This document shows positions 35,394 to 45,616 of a stretch of 64,000 nt of DNA, piece after piece; within the stretch, counting starts at the first letter, position 1, and the number at the start of each line of letters is the position of its first letter. The notes below the pieces were generated by a model. It saw nothing but the letters and a program-made list of their open reading frames with translations, did not search any database and was not told the DNA's origin. The DNA comes from Opitutales bacterium (GTDB lineage: Bacteria > Verrucomicrobiota > Verrucomicrobiia > Opitutales > UBA2987). The position numbers were made by a program, and so were the translations under genes. The DNA is taken from positions 160,001 through 224,000 of the forward strand of contig CBDDEL010000017.1 in assembly GCA_965226885.1 (NCBI GenBank), read 5' to 3'.

Positions 35394-37702
35394 CTATTCC
35401 TTTTCGCTCTTTCTGAATTCGACTGTCCAGTCTTCTCCTGTCTCGATATTATACTTTTTAGCAAAACTGGCCTGATTAATAGCTAAGTCGATTGATGTGC
35501 ACTGGAAAAAGTGGACACGAGATTCTCCTAAATGGAGAATCGAAGCATGGGAAGAAGACGCAGTATAGAGTTCAAAAATGAGGCAGTTCAACTGATGATA
35601 CTCGATGGTCTGAGCGCCACCGAGGTATCGACCAAACTTGGGGTCAACACCAACCAATTGTATAGGTGGAAGAGGCTCTATCTGGACGATCAGCAGGGCG
35701 AAGCCACCTCAAAGCGACAGAGCAGTCCGAAGGAGATGGCGGCCGAGATAGATCGTCTTCGCAAAGAGCTGCGCCGCTCGGAGCGGATCAACCAGATACT
35801 AAAAAAAACGGTGGGCTACTTTGCCAAGGACGAACAATGAAGTACCAGTTTGTCAAAGACAACGAGGGGCGCTTCAAGATCGAGGAAATATGCTCGGCGA
35901 TGGGGATTTGTCGCAGTGGCTATTACTGCTGGAGGCCCCGAGCGCCCTCGGCCCGGCGGATCGAGGACGAGGGAATCAAGGGGGCGATCCTGAAGGTACA
36001 CAAAGAGGCCAAGGGCCGCTATGGGCATCGGCCAATGCACCGCCATCTGAAGGATGATGAGGGCATCGATTGCGGCCGTGACCGGGCTCTGCGTCTGATG
36101 CGTGAAATGGGAATCAAAAGCACCCAGAGTAAACGCTTTAAGCCATTAAAAACCAACAGTAACCATCCCTATGGTTACAGCCCCAATGTGCTTAAAAAGC
36201 ATGGCCAGCCGACCCATATCGACGAGGTCTGGGTGGCGGACACGACCTACCTACGGACCCTGGCCGGTTGGATGTACTTGGCCACGGTGATGGACCTGTT
36301 CAGCCGACGCCTGCTGGGCTGGAGCGTTTCCAACCACAACGACGCGAAGCTGGTTGGCAAGGCCCTCAAAGCCGCGGCCATGACCCGCGGCACACTGCGC
36401 ACCGGGATTATTCATCACAGCGATCGGGGCAGCCCCTACGCCAGCGACGACTATCAGAGGCTGGTCTCTGAACTAGGCATGAAGCCGAGCATGAGCGCCC
36501 AAGGCAACTGCTACGACAACGCGGCCATGGAATCGTTCTACGGCCGCTTCAAGACCAGCACGATTCGAGGCCGCCACTTTGCCGACGAGCGCGAACTGCG
36601 ATCAACTGTCTTCGAATACGTGGAAATCTTCTACAACCGATATCGCAAACATTCCTCTCTGAGTTACCAAAGCCCAGTCCAATTCGAGGAAAATATTTGC
36701 CCCCCATGGGGGGCAACGAGAAAACAAAACCCTTTACCAAAACAAGCCGCCTGACACACTAATCAATAAACAATGAATATAAGAGAATCCCGTGTCCAAC
36801 AAATCCAGTACACGTCAGATCAGGTGCGGGGGCGCCGAAGTATGAATTACCATGGGCGCTCCGACGGCCACGTCACCAAAGGTGCGGACGAAGGGTAGAA
36901 CACCTTGGTATTTTATTTCTGCACCCTCTTTAATAACTACATCAACCATCCCTGAATATTCACCGATTCCGAGTTTTGAAAAAAACTTCAAATCCACATT
37001 GGAGCTTACATTGCCGAAAGTATCGATGCCGGTTAATTTTGCAAAGATCGCGTTATGGTGAAACTCCGGTTCGGAGATTGGGGGAAGCGCCACAACTTGA
37101 GGTTCTCTCAAAGGGCCTACCTGCTCATAGCTGATAATTCCCGCGGCCAGACGCGCTCCCGTGTATGAATATACATCCCTGCCGTGAAAGGTGAACGATC
37201 TTTCCGAACCGGCCCTGCGGTTGACCTTTTCGTCGATTTCCCTAACTGTCTCGATGCCCAGTTTCTCCGCCACCAGCATGAGGCTGCCATTATCCGGGCT
37301 GACGATATAGTGACCGCTTTTTGTCCTCAGAACAACCGATCTCCGGGGCGTCCCCACTCCCGGATCGACGACCGAGACAAAGACGGTTCCCTTGGGCCAA
37401 TACTGCACATTCTGAGCCAGACTGCGAGCGCCCTCGCGAATGTCGAAATGCCGAATATTATGCCGGATATCGAAGATTTTAATGTCCCGGCTGACACTGT
37501 GCGCGACCCCTTTCATGATCGCAGCGTAGCTGTCGGTGACTCCGAAATCGGATTGAAAGACAATGGTGCCATTGGGCGAGCCCAAAAGATTCCCGCCAAG
37601 AGTTGAGAGTATAGTCATGATGGTGGCCTGGAAGATACTTATTCTGGATGTTTGGGTCAAAATCATAAAATTGATTTTCGGATTCAGGCCGCCATTGTCC
37701 AT
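35394..37702 (-). pseudogene. DUF62 SAM hydroxide adenosyltransferase-family protein, paralog 1, split by IS3
   Basis: QSDFG..D, VVDPGVGTPR, TFHGRD, IDTFGNV; removing the IS and one gat copy restores PPHLI|DLAINQASFA.. Confidence 0.9.
35493..36817 (+). mobile_element. IS3-family element, copy 2 (1325 bp)
   Basis: TG..CA IRs, 3-bp TSD gat; orfA and orfB in -1 phase with an A8 slippery run and ATGA overlap. Confidence 0.96.
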
Positions 37703-37773
37703 TACATTTATTTGTACGATTTCAAGATAACCGAATTACCTAACGGCTCCTGTAAATAACCTCGCCTCCTCTA

Positions 37774-38377
37774 TTAAAGAGAGATCGCGTAATCGTAGGA
37801 GATTCGGACAAAACAGTCCAGTGTGCAAACAGGGCTGCAATTGTAAACGGTTACCTTTTTCTCCTTGAGGAGGCGGACTCCGTGGGAAAGCATACGGGCC
37901 ATACGGGGAAATTCGGTTTCCTCATGCCTCCGGGAGTGAAAATCTTGGCCGAAAAAATGAGTATCGGAATCCCGGTGCTTGAGATCCAATCCTAAAAAAA
38001 CAATCTCCTTGAATCCCATATAAACGGCCAATTGGAGGGCCACATAGGAGATTGTATAACCGGAATATACGCCTTCCTCCAGGTCAAAACTGAATCCTTG
38101 CGAGCCAAGCAGCGTCATGGGGGATGCCCCAGGGACGATCTTGCAGAGTAAAGAGGTATCGGGTCTTCAGGTAAAGGTCCTCATACAAATCAAAAAGCCG
38201 GTGATCCATCATGCAATGGTAATGGGTATCGGGAAAGACCAGAAAAGAGCGGTTCAACCCCATTGTCAGCCTCCGCTTCAATAGGCTCAAATCGAGGTCC
38301 CCCAGAGTAGGTCCTGAGGCGAGAATGAACATCCGCTTCCCCCGGTGGATATTTTTGAAGTCCGCAACGTTGCTCAT
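37774..38377 (-). pseudogene. DUF115/MptE-like (MAF/sialyltransferase-like) protein, frameshift in a G run near 38120
   Basis: FKNIHRGKRMFILASGP.L; ALQLAVYMGFKEIVFLGLD; VYNCS. May be a homopolymer sequencing error. Confidence 0.7.
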
Positions 38378-39186
38378 TGGATTGGGAAGACCTCTTCGGA
38401 ATGAAAGGCAACATATTTCACCATTCGGCGCATGTAAGTGTAAATGCCATGTATCAACCCAACCGTGCCAGCCAGGAAGACCGGGTAGGAGACTTCTTTT
38501 TCGACCTGATCAATGTGCCGTGGCTCGCTCCAGGTGACGCCGCCATTTTCGGAAAAGGAGATGCTCAACGGGTAGTGGCAGTACTCATCGGTGTGGTTAT
38601 AAACCATGCCTATGAGGTTCCCAATGCTGAAAGCGGATATCCCGCTCAAGGGGCAAGGCAGTGGAGTGCGCATCGGTATGGTCCAGGTATTCCCCTCATC
38701 TATGGAGTGGCTTCGCCATATGCGCCGGGGGTCCTCCGTGGGCCTGAAAAAGAGCGCTAGACGGTTGTTCGAATCTCGAATCAGAGAAGGTTGAATTAGC
38801 TCCGGAACCGGATGGTCGAACTTGTAAACCTGCTCCCAATGCCTGGAACTTTTTCTCAAAAGGACACTGCGCTTCCCCTCTTCATCGTGGGCAGGCAGCA
38901 GCGGAGTGGAATCGGCGCAAAAAACCGGATGGTGCCGGATCATTATCCCGCGGGTATGTCCAATTTTTTCTGATGGCCTCCAAGTGTGGCCGTCGTCCTC
39001 GGAGGAGGAAATATACATTTCCGCATCATTCCAATAATTTCGGTTAATAAGCACAAAAAGGAGGGAAATGTGACCGGTATTCGGATCTTGAAAAAGCACT
39101 GGATTACCGGCTGTGAATTTAAATGAATCGAGTAGCGAATGGCTGGGTTGCCATACCTGGGCGCCTTTTGGTTTGCGGGCCATGAC
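38374..39186 (-). pseudogene. BNR/Asp-box sialidase-like beta-propeller, 5' truncated by IS1380
   Basis: Asp boxes SEDDGHTW, SIDEGNTW, SENGGVTW; GNPVLF, IQPS, SYP. Confidence 0.8.
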
Positions 39187-39188
39187 TA

Positions 39189-40757
39189 GCCCGGATATTT
39201 CATGAAGGGTAAAGTTTGGCTCGTTATTGCTATTGGAGATGGATTTCTTTGTATTTTGAGCAGATCGTCTTGATTTTTAGGTGTTTTTCAGGGTGTAGAG
39301 ACACTGCCCCCTTTCCCCCATTGGTTCGGTAGTGCCGGGGGCAGCACCAATGCACCCTTTAGGTTGGCACCAATCGGCGGGCCGCATGGTTGAAAAGACT
39401 GGCCCAAGGATAACTCTCACTTAGGTGAAAGTGAATCGTTCGGGTGTTGCGCACGATGACCGCTCCGATCTTGATTAATTTGAGCCGCAGGGTGTGGCAT
39501 TGGGCCCGCGCCCACTTCGTCCCTTTTAAGGCTAACCGGCGCATGGCTTCCATCAAGGTGTAGGCCAGCGCCGACAAGAGCAATCGCCACTGATTGGCCC
39601 ACCATTGATGGGCGCTGGTGCGCTCGCTGAACAATTGCATCTGTTCCTTGATTCGGTTCTCCATTTCACCGCGGCCACAGTATACCTTGTCGTAAAGCTC
39701 CTGGGGATCGCCCGGCAGGTTCGTCACCACGAAGCGCGGGTTGGACCCCTGTGCGGTGTGTTCGGCTTTATGGATGACCAACCGCAGCCATCGCCACGAA
39801 TCGGCAGCATAGACGAAGTCCTGGAATAACCGTTGTTTTTTACCCCTTAGTTCGAACCATTCTTTGGCCTGCTTTTGCAACTGCTGGGCGTCTTGCTGCA
39901 AGCGTGCATTGCGAGCCATCCCCACGATGTAACTAACTTCGTTGCGGTCGCACCAAGAGAGTATCCGGTCTCGACAAAATCCACTGTCGGCGCGCCAAAT
40001 AATCCGCGTACGGGGCCAGCTTTGGCGAATCCGTTTAACCAGCAATTTGAGGATGGCCCCGGCATGCTTGCTGGCATCGATCTTGCTCGGCCGCAGGTAG
40101 GCCACCAGCAGCTGATCACCGCAAAAAACATATAGCGGCAGAAAACAGTAATGATCATAATAACCGTGGAAAAAACGTCCCTCCTGGAGCCCGTGCACCG
40201 GATTGTCGGTGCCGTCAAAGTCCAGGATGATCTCTTCGGGTTCCTCGGCAAAGGAGCCCATGAACTGTTCGACCAACAGCTCGTTTACCGCAAAGGCCGC
40301 CCGCCGATCCTGCCCGTTTTCAAAACGACACAAAGTCGGCGCGCTGGCCAACGTTTCAATGCGCCCCGTTACCGTTTGCAACAATGGATCGTGGCGCAGG
40401 GTATCAAAGTCGTTCAAATCCTCATAGCCCGCCACCAGCCCGTAAACGCGCTGCCGCAGCATCCCCAAGACCTCATGGCGTACTTTGCCCTTCTGCCGTT
40501 TGTCCACTAACTGTCGGGCCGCTCGTTCGGTCAAGCCCAACTGCCGATCCACTTCCCGGATCAAAAGCAGTCCGGCATCCGAAGTAACCTCTCCGCCCTT
40601 GAAATCAACCCGCACACGGCGGCCTTTTACCCTTGTCAACTGTAGCTTTAATTGTTTACCTTTTGTCATCGCTGATATTGCTTTAATTATTGATCTATCC
40701 TGCTGTATATCAGCAGTTAAGCATATCAACGATACTTTTTTTACGAAATATCCGGGC
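39189..40757 (-). mobile_element. IS1380-family element, subtype A, copy 7
   Basis: 1569 bp, IRs, full ORF. Confidence 0.97.
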
Positions 40758-41101
40758 TAGGCATGAAGCCGAGCATGAGCGCCCAAGGCAACTGCTACGA
40801 CAACGCGGCCATGGAATCGTTCTACGGCCGCTTCAAGACCAGCACGATTCGAGGCCGCCACTTTGCCGACGAGCGCGAACTGCGATCAACTGTCTTCGAA
40901 TACGTGGAAATCTTCTACAACCGATATCGCAAACATTCCTCTCTGAGTTACCAAAGCCCAGTCCAATTCGAGGAAAATATTTGCCCCCCATGGGGGGCAA
41001 CGAGAAAACAAAACCCTTTACCAAAACAAGCCGCCTGACACACTAATCAATAAACAATGAATATAAGAGAATCCCGTGTCCAACAAATCCAGTACACGTC
41101 A
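40758..41101 (+). mobile_element. 3' fragment of the IS3-family element
   Basis: Identical to the last ~345 bp of 35493-36817; cut at an internal CTAG by IS1380. Confidence 0.93.
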
Positions 41102-41914
41102 GGATATTATTGCCTTCAACAAATAAATCAATTTTTGACAAGCTCCGGCAGCCGTATCGAGGGTTTCCTGGTGTGTTAGGGGATAGTCCTGCATTCCCGC
41201 GCCCATGTTGGTCAAACAGGAAAGGCCCAAAACCTGGAGACCACAGTGAACCGCCGTAATAACCTCCAGCACAGCGGAAAAGCCAACCGTGTCGGCGCCC
41301 AACACCCTGAGAGCTCGTATTTCGGCCGGAGTTTCAAAAGAAGGACCCGCCAAACCGGCATAAACCCCCTCCTGCAGCTCAATCCCTTCCGCCGCCGCAA
41401 TGCTTTTTACCTTGTCCCGCAAACGCCCCGAAAAGGCATCGCTCATGTCCGGGAAACGGGTTCCCCATGCATCGCAATTCGAACCCATGAGCGGATTGTC
41501 CGCCATCAGGTTGAGGTGGTCGGTCATGAGCAAAATTTCGCCGGGCCGGTAATTTTCATTGATCGCGCCGGAGGCATTGGTAATGATGAGGGTCTCAATG
41601 CCCAATCCCCTGATAACGCGAACGGGCAGCGTCAACTGCTGCATCGAATACCCCTCGAAACGATGAAAACGCCCTTGCAGTACTAAGACCGCCCTGCCCT
41701 GCAGCCTGCCGATCATTAATCGCCCCGCATGACCTTCCACCGTGGATTGCAAAAATCCGGGAATTTCCGCGTAAGGAAAAATGTCGGCCTCTTCGATTTC
41801 TTCACCCACGGTGCCCAGCCCGGAACCCAGAATGAGGCCGATTTCGGGTTTATACTTGCTATGGGGCGCTATCCAATTAGTAGCTGTGGCAATATTTTCG
41901 ATCAGGTTTTTCAT
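41099..41914 (-). CDS. Purine nucleoside phosphorylase (trimeric type); the stop codon is supplied by the IS3 end
   Basis: LILGSGLG, STVEGHAG, GRFHRFEG, GPSFETPAE, TNMGAG. Confidence 0.9.
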   Translation of the reverse strand: MKNLIENIATATNWIAPHSKYKPEIGLILGSGLGTVGEEIEEADIFPYAEIPGFLQSTVEGHAGRLMIGRLQGRAVLVLQGRFHRFEGYSMQQLTLPVRVIRGLGIETLIITNASGAINENYRPGEILLMTDHLNLMADNPLMGSNCDAWGTRFPDMSDAFSGRLRDKVKSIAAAEGIELQEGVYAGLAGPSFETPAEIRALRVLGADTVGFSAVLEVITAVHCGLQVLGLSCLTNMGAGMQDYPLTHQETLDTAAGACQKLIYLLKAIIS

Positions 41915-42028
41915 ATGCCCGAACCGGAGATTTTCAATGTTTCTTGCAGATTGGACAAAGTTAGCTTGCATGCGATGAAAAAACGATGTTTTCCCATTGG
42001 GCTTAGGCTCCTCTTTTAATTTTCAAAA

Positions 42029-43486
42029 ATGAGAATGCAGCGATTATTGATCGACGGTCAATGGGTGGAGGCTTCCAATGGCGCCACCAGCGAGGTTAAA
42101 AACCCGGCCACCGGCGAAAAAATCGCGCGGCCCTCGGTGGCTTCACGGAAGGATGTCGAAAAAGCCATTGTGGCAGCCGGGCGTGCGTTTCCAGGGTGGG
42201 CGAGGCTCTCCCCTGCGGAAAGAGGAACCCACCTGCGTGCAGCCAGTGACAAGGTGATGGAACGGCGTAAGGAAATAGGCGCCCTTATGACCGAAGAACA
42301 GGGCAAACCGTTGCTGGAAGCCCAGGGCGAAGTGGAGAAAGCCGCACTCGCCTTGCGTTATTACGCGGAAGAAGGCGAAAGAGTTTACGGCCGCATAATC
42401 GCCAACCCCGAAAGGAATGCCGAAAGCCGCGTAGTTTATCAACCCATCGGGCCGACGGCGGCCATCACCCCCTGGAATTATCCGGTCGAACTATTGGCCT
42501 GGAAAATCTGCGGGGCCCTGGCCGCTGGCTGCACCATGGTGGCCAAACCTCCATCCCTCACCCCGCTCTCTCCCTTCGCTTTTATGGAATGCCTGGTGGA
42601 TGCGGGCATACCGCCCGGAGTCATCAACGGGATCAACGGCGCGGGCTCAAAAGTGGGGCCTCAACTGATTGAAAACCCCATCATCAAAAAAGTCGCCTTC
42701 ACCGGTTCCACCGAAGTGGGCCGTTTGATTTCGACAGACTGCGGGCCGCTGCTGAAAAAAGTTTCCCTCGAACTGGGGGGACACTGCCCGATGATTATCA
42801 GCAAGAATTGCGATCTGGAAGCCGCAGTGGAGGGGGCCACCCGCCGGTCGTTCCGCAATATGGGGCAAATCTGCATCTCCATTAACCGGATTTATGTGGA
42901 CCGCGAAATCCACGACCGGTTTGTGGAAAAATTTTCCGCCGCCGCCAATAAACTGATAATCGGCAATGGCCTCCTGACAGTCCCCTGCGATTTGGGCTGC
43001 ATGGCCAATGCGGAAGGTTTGGCCAAAACCAGGGAACACATCGCCAACGCCCTCGCCAAAGGAGCCATCCTGGCCTGTGGGGGGAAGAAACCGTCAGGCA
43101 GGGAATTCGCCCAAGGCTATTTCTTCGAACCGACCATTCTGACCGGCGCAACCCACGATATGAAAGTCATACGGGAAGAAACCTTCGGCCCGGTTGTCGG
43201 CGTGATGCCCTTCGATGATCTGGACGAAGCCATCGCCCTGGCCAACGACACGCCCTACGGCTTGGCAGCCTATGGATACACAGACAACCTCGATGAAGCC
43301 GACAAGCTGGCGCGGGAACTGAATGCGGGCAATGTGGCCATCAACAATGTCGATGCCGGCGCCATGAACGCACCATACGGGGGCTGGAAAGAAAGCGGCC
43401 GCGGTCATGAGCACGGACCGGAAGGTTTAATGGAGTATCTGGAGGCAAAACACGTGCGAGTGCGCTACCTGCACAGCAGCCGTTAA
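42029..43486 (+). CDS. NAD(P)-dependent aldehyde dehydrogenase (succinate-semialdehyde DH-like)
   Basis: ITPWNYP, FTGSTEVG, LELGG, GQICIS, EETFGP. Confidence 0.92.
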   Translation: MRMQRLLIDGQWVEASNGATSEVKNPATGEKIARPSVASRKDVEKAIVAAGRAFPGWARLSPAERGTHLRAASDKVMERRKEIGALMTEEQGKPLLEAQGEVEKAALALRYYAEEGERVYGRIIANPERNAESRVVYQPIGPTAAITPWNYPVELLAWKICGALAAGCTMVAKPPSLTPLSPFAFMECLVDAGIPPGVINGINGAGSKVGPQLIENPIIKKVAFTGSTEVGRLISTDCGPLLKKVSLELGGHCPMIISKNCDLEAAVEGATRRSFRNMGQICISINRIYVDREIHDRFVEKFSAAANKLIIGNGLLTVPCDLGCMANAEGLAKTREHIANALAKGAILACGGKKPSGREFAQGYFFEPTILTGATHDMKVIREETFGPVVGVMPFDDLDEAIALANDTPYGLAAYGYTDNLDEADKLARELNAGNVAINNVDAGAMNAPYGGWKESGRGHEHGPEGLMEYLEAKHVRVRYLHSSR

Positions 43487-43650
43487 GCTATTCATAAATG
43501 AACCAAATTTCTGCATTGGACGCCATTATTCCTTCTTCAAAATTATTCCGAAACGGATTTACTTTGAATATATCTCAAATCTTGACAAACAGCCGGTTGC
43601 CAAAGGGCGTTATATCTACCTTTTTTTTGAGAGCATAGACGAAAACTCGG

Positions 43651-44748
43651 ATGAGCGAAAAAACAAAATCAAAGATTGTTAAGGTCATTATCATCATACT
43701 GGCCGTTTATTTCTTTCTTCTGAGCATCAAACTGCTGGGGCATTCCTTTAAGCTGTTTGGTGAAGGATTTGCCGAGTCCCTCATCGAAATGACTTCAAAT
43801 CCTTTCACGGGTTTGCTCATCGGCATTGCCGCAACCAGTTTGATTCAAAGTTCCTCCACCACCACCTCCATAGTGGTGGGCATGGTGGCGGGAGATATTC
43901 TCACCCTGACCGGCGCGATTCCAGTTATTATGGGGGCCAATATTGGAACTACCATAACCAATACCCTCGTTTCGATGGCCCACGTAAACCGGCGGCTCGA
44001 ATTCCGCAGAGCCTTTTCCGCCAGCATCGTGCATGATCTATACAACATCTGCGCGGTCATTGTGATCTTTCCGCTCGAATTAAAGTTTCACCTCATCGAA
44101 AAAACCGCCACCGGCATGATAAAGGTATTGGCCGGAACGGGAAGCCTCAGCCTGTTTAATCCTTTAAAATTAGCGCTGGATCCCGTCATCGGCCTTCTCG
44201 ACGGCATTTTTTCATATTTCCCCTACAAGGGTTTTATCATGGCTGCGGTGTCCATCGTAATGCTCTTCACGGCTCTCGGGTTTCTCATCAAATCCATTCG
44301 CTCCCTGGTTCTGGACAAGGTGGAAATCATCATCAACCAATACCTTTTTCGAAATGATTTACTGGCTTTGACGATGGGGATTTTAATGACTCTGGTGGTG
44401 CAAAGCAGTTCCGTTACAACATCCATCATCATCCCGCTGGCGGGGGCCGGAGTGGTTGCCCTGCGGCAGGTTTTTCCATATACACTGGGAGCCAACCTCG
44501 GCACCACCGGTACGGCCATACTGGCTGCCCTGGCCACCCAGAATGAAATTGCCATAACGGTGGCATTCGCCCACCTCACTTTCAATGCATTCGGGATTTT
44601 TATATTCTACCCATTGCGTTTCATCCCGATCGGCCTGGCCAAGTTTATCGGCCTCAAGGCAAGTCTTTCCCGCCAAAATTTGATTTTATTTGTGTTATCC
44701 TACCTGATTTTATACCTTCTACCTCTGGCTCTCATCTTTTTTTGGTGA
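43651..44748 (+). CDS. Na+/phosphate cotransporter (NptA/SLC34-like)
   Basis: Two QSSS repeats with GANIGTT/GANLGTT. Confidence 0.92.
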   Translation: MSEKTKSKIVKVIIIILAVYFFLLSIKLLGHSFKLFGEGFAESLIEMTSNPFTGLLIGIAATSLIQSSSTTTSIVVGMVAGDILTLTGAIPVIMGANIGTTITNTLVSMAHVNRRLEFRRAFSASIVHDLYNICAVIVIFPLELKFHLIEKTATGMIKVLAGTGSLSLFNPLKLALDPVIGLLDGIFSYFPYKGFIMAAVSIVMLFTALGFLIKSIRSLVLDKVEIIINQYLFRNDLLALTMGILMTLVVQSSSVTTSIIIPLAGAGVVALRQVFPYTLGANLGTTGTAILAALATQNEIAITVAFAHLTFNAFGIFIFYPLRFIPIGLAKFIGLKASLSRQNLILFVLSYLILYLLPLALIFFW

Positions 44749-44905
44749 TAGCATTGGCTGGAGCATTGGCTGGGACTTCATATAATTTGGTGATGGGAGA
44801 ATTGATGTTGCAGGAAATGATGTTAAAAAAGAAGCATGCAGGGCAGAGTTGCCAAAATCGGCAATTATCTTTTGCATACTAAACAAGAAAACCGGTTTAT
44901 AAAAA

Positions 44906-45574
44906 ATGTGGAATGAAATTTTAAGTTTATGGAACAAAGACAACCTCCAGGAGCAAGCCTGGAAGCGTTCTTTTGAAATGCTCAAAATCACCCATGACAT
45001 GTTCCTCGAAGCTGTCCGCGTACTCAGGGAAGACGACTCAACCGGCGTGCGAGAAGAAGTCCGGGCCAAAGACAAAATTGTCAATGCGTATGTGTGGGAC
45101 GTGCGAAAAATGGTCTTGACCCACTTGGCCTCGCAGTCCCCCCACGAACTTCCCGAAGGAATGGTCCTGATCAGTATAGTAATCGATATTGAACGATTGG
45201 GCGACTATACTAAAAACATCGTCGATCTAGCCGTCCACCACCCTCGTCTTTTGGATGCAAAAAAATTTGAAAAAGAACTCCATGCCATAGAGCAAGCCGT
45301 CAAACGCCTTTATGCTAAAACCCTGAAAGGCTTTGCAGAACCCAATGTGGAGGCGTCTCGGAAACTCCTTGATAAATATTCCTGGATCAACACCCAATCC
45401 GATAAATTGCTCATGGAACTGGTGGATGAAAAGGACCCGGACATTCCATCCGGCATAGCCGTTTCTCTGGGGTTGTATATTAGATGGCTCAAACGCATTA
45501 ATTCGCACCTGCAAAACATTATCAGCAGCCAAGTAAACCCATTCCCGAAAATCGGTTTCAGGACTACTAAATGA
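44906..45574 (+). CDS. PhoU-domain protein
   Basis: DIERLGDYTKNI, LKRINSHLQNI; follows the Na/Pi transporter. Confidence 0.85.
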   Translation: MWNEILSLWNKDNLQEQAWKRSFEMLKITHDMFLEAVRVLREDDSTGVREEVRAKDKIVNAYVWDVRKMVLTHLASQSPHELPEGMVLISIVIDIERLGDYTKNIVDLAVHHPRLLDAKKFEKELHAIEQAVKRLYAKTLKGFAEPNVEASRKLLDKYSWINTQSDKLLMELVDEKDPDIPSGIAVSLGLYIRWLKRINSHLQNIISSQVNPFPKIGFRTTK

Positions 45575-45616
45575 TTTATACCAAGCCTTTTTATATGAGA
45601 TAAGATTTGTTATAAT

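Noticed and set aside
32608..37702. Fluorinase/chlorinase call for the DUF62 genes
   Set aside because: They retain TFHGRD and DPGVG..R, typical of the hydrolase subfamily.
37774..38377. Programmed frameshift or phase variation in the DUF115 gene
   Set aside because: The run is only a few G; an ordinary indel or sequencing error is simpler.
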